Part shown: positions 23,832 through 25,590 of the stretch, in pieces | Numbering within the stretch: position 1 is the stretch's first letter | Layout: each line of letters starts with the position of its first letter | DNA from: an uncultured Lachnospiraceae bacterium | GTDB lineage: Bacteria > Bacillota > Clostridia > Lachnospirales > Lachnospiraceae | Assembly (NCBI GenBank): GCA_946406305.1 | Contig: CAMJKC010000001.1 | Span: 1 to 25,590, forward strand | Length of the DNA stretch: 25,590 nt | Direction of reading: 5' to 3' | Program-made: the position numbers and the translations under genes | The notes under the pieces: model-generated | Databases searched by the model: none | What the model was told of the DNA's origin: nothing | Seen by the model: only the letters and a program-made list of their open reading frames with translations

Positions 23832-25530
23832 CAACTGGATTATATACAATAAAAAATTTGACAAAGAAGTAGCGAGTAAATGGAAGATTAGCCCATTGCT
23901 CGCTCGTATTTTGTCTAATAGAGAAATAAAAAATGAAGATATAAAATATATGCTATCAGAAGATATAAATGATATGCATAGTGAAGACCTATTAAATGAT
24001 ATAGAAAAAACAGTAGAAGTAGCAAAAGATGCAATAGATAAGAAAAAGCACATAAGAATAATAGGTGATTATGATGCAGATGGAGTATGTGCTACATATA
24101 TATTAGTGACGGCTATAAAAAAATTAAACGGCAGTGTCGATTATAGAATTCCAGATAGAGTAAAAGATGGTTATGGAATCAATATGAACTTAATAGAAGA
24201 AGCAATAAAAGATAAAGTAGAACTTATTATAACTTGTGATAATGGAGTAGCAGCAGTTAATGAAATAAAATATGCAAAAGAAAACAACATAGATGTTATA
24301 GTGACAGACCACCACGAGATAATAAGCATAATTGAAGATGCAGTAGGTGTAGTAAATCCTAAAGTAGAAAAGGAAAATATGTATCCATTTAGAGACATTT
24401 GTGGTGCTACAGTTGCTTTAAAATTTATAAGAAAACTTTTTAAGGTAAAAAATGAAGAACTTGGTATTGAAAAGTATAATTATGAAGAATTTATAGAATT
24501 TGCAACAATAGCAACAGTATGTGACATTATGCCTATTATAAATGAGAATCACATATTGGTAAAAGTGGGACTAAAAAAAATTAGAGAGACAAAAAATAAA
24601 GGGCTGATGAAGTTACTTGAAATAAATAATTTAAAAGACACAGAGATTACTACATATCATTTGGGTTTTATCATAGGACCGCTCATCAATGCTTCAGGCA
24701 GACTTATGACAGCAGAGTTGGCATTAAAATTATTTTTGAGCGAAGACGACAAAGAGATAGAAGAGATTTCCGAAATATTAAAAGACTTAAACGAAGAGAG
24801 GAAGAGGGAGACAAAAAAAGGCGAAGATAAATGTTTAAATGAAGTAGAAGAAAAGTATAAAAATGATAAAGTCATAGTAGTTTATGTAGAAGGAGTAAAG
24901 GAGTCGGTAGCAGGAATAATCGCAGGGCATATAAAAGATATGCTAAACAAACCTACGATAGTTATGACGGACACAAATGAAATAGATATAGTAAAAGCGA
25001 GCTGTAGATCAATAGATGAATATAATATATTTGAAGAATTGTCTATGCATAAAGAGTATTTTATAAAATTTGGTGGACATAAAGGTGCAGCAGGTTTTTC
25101 TATGAAAAAGGAAGATGTAGATATTTTAAGAAAAAATTTAAATGAAAGTTGCAAAATAGAAGAAAATATTTCAAAAAAAATATACATAGATGCAGAAATT
25201 CCTATAAAATATATAAATTTTGATATGATAAATGAGATAGAAAAACTAAATCCTTATGGATTTTGTAATGAGAGGCCATTATTTGCTGCAAGAAATGTAG
25301 AAATTAAATTTATAAATGCCTATGGAAAAGATAGGAATGTTTTGAAATTTAAAATTATAGACAAAGAGGCCTCTATAGATGCAGTATGTTTTATGGATGA
25401 AAATGAATATCAAAAGAAGATAAATGGGGAAAATATGGTAAATATAATATATTATCCGACAATTAATTGTTTTAATAATAGTAGAAAAGTAGAAATAAAT
25501 ATAAAAGATTTAAGGCCGATTAATCAATAA
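23818..25530 (+). CDS. recJ: Single-stranded-DNA-specific exonuclease RecJ (DHH/DHHA1)
   Basis: GDYDADG, ITCDNG, VTDHH, ATVCDIMP, GPLINASGR, CRSI and FGGHKGAAG motifs in RecJ order; 570 aa; start overlaps the iscU end by 14 nt. Confidence 0.93.
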   Translation: MKTNNNWIIYNKKFDKEVASKWKISPLLARILSNREIKNEDIKYMLSEDINDMHSEDLLNDIEKTVEVAKDAIDKKKHIRIIGDYDADGVCATYILVTAIKKLNGSVDYRIPDRVKDGYGINMNLIEEAIKDKVELIITCDNGVAAVNEIKYAKENNIDVIVTDHHEIISIIEDAVGVVNPKVEKENMYPFRDICGATVALKFIRKLFKVKNEELGIEKYNYEEFIEFATIATVCDIMPIINENHILVKVGLKKIRETKNKGLMKLLEINNLKDTEITTYHLGFIIGPLINASGRLMTAELALKLFLSEDDKEIEEISEILKDLNEERKRETKKGEDKCLNEVEEKYKNDKVIVVYVEGVKESVAGIIAGHIKDMLNKPTIVMTDTNEIDIVKASCRSIDEYNIFEELSMHKEYFIKFGGHKGAAGFSMKKEDVDILRKNLNESCKIEENISKKIYIDAEIPIKYINFDMINEIEKLNPYGFCNERPLFAARNVEIKFINAYGKDRNVLKFKIIDKEASIDAVCFMDENEYQKKINGENMVNIIYYPTINCFNNSRKVEINIKDLRPINQ

Positions 25531-25590
25531 AATATCCTCGATTTTTAGATTAAATTCCGTTTTAATTATAAAAATGAATATTCTCAAAGT

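Noticed and set aside
22813-25187. Minus-strand ORFs opposite iscS, iscU and recJ (e.g. 22813-23283, 156 aa)
   Set aside because: Fully antisense to well-supported conserved genes; no independent evidence
25504-25590. Possible 3' end of a convergent minus-strand gene at the window edge
   Set aside because: Open stretches of only 8-26 codons are visible, so no call is possible; no clear terminator after recJ either
1-25590. CRISPR arrays, tRNA/rRNA, riboswitches, IS elements, toxin or catalytic domains in the giant protein
   Set aside because: No spaced identical repeats, cloverleaf or rRNA signatures, or transposase motifs seen; no convincing enzyme motif recognised, though a profile search could still reveal one

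Overview
AT-rich (about 30% GC by eye, not computed) window from a low-GC Firmicute. A Clostridia/Lachnospiraceae-like origin is inferred from the sigmaA promoters, the IscS/IscU style and the cell-wall-binding repeats. About 86% of the window is one intact 21.9-kb ORF (158-22060, 7300 aa, about 0.8 MDa) encoding a secreted surface protein with its own promoter and a likely terminator. Its layout from N- to C-terminus is: signal peptide; about 630 aa of very acidic low-complexity sequence; eight tandem predicted beta-helix modules; 11 InlB-B/Flg_new-like repeats; a Gly/Ser linker; two duplicated blocks of choline-binding-like repeats; and an 82-aa tail. The eight modules are organised as an A/B super-repeat of about 1130-1170 aa, carry His/Cys head motifs and are separated by small spacer domains. 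Downstream, a consensus sigmaA promoter drives iscS(nifS)-iscU(nifU)-recJ. No RNA genes, mobile elements or CRISPR arrays were seen. The best candidate for something undescribed is the segmented beta-helix giant protein and its repeated HxH / CG-x6-C-x-H / CLNG..TDC head domain. All domain calls are by-eye motif recognition, not database hits.
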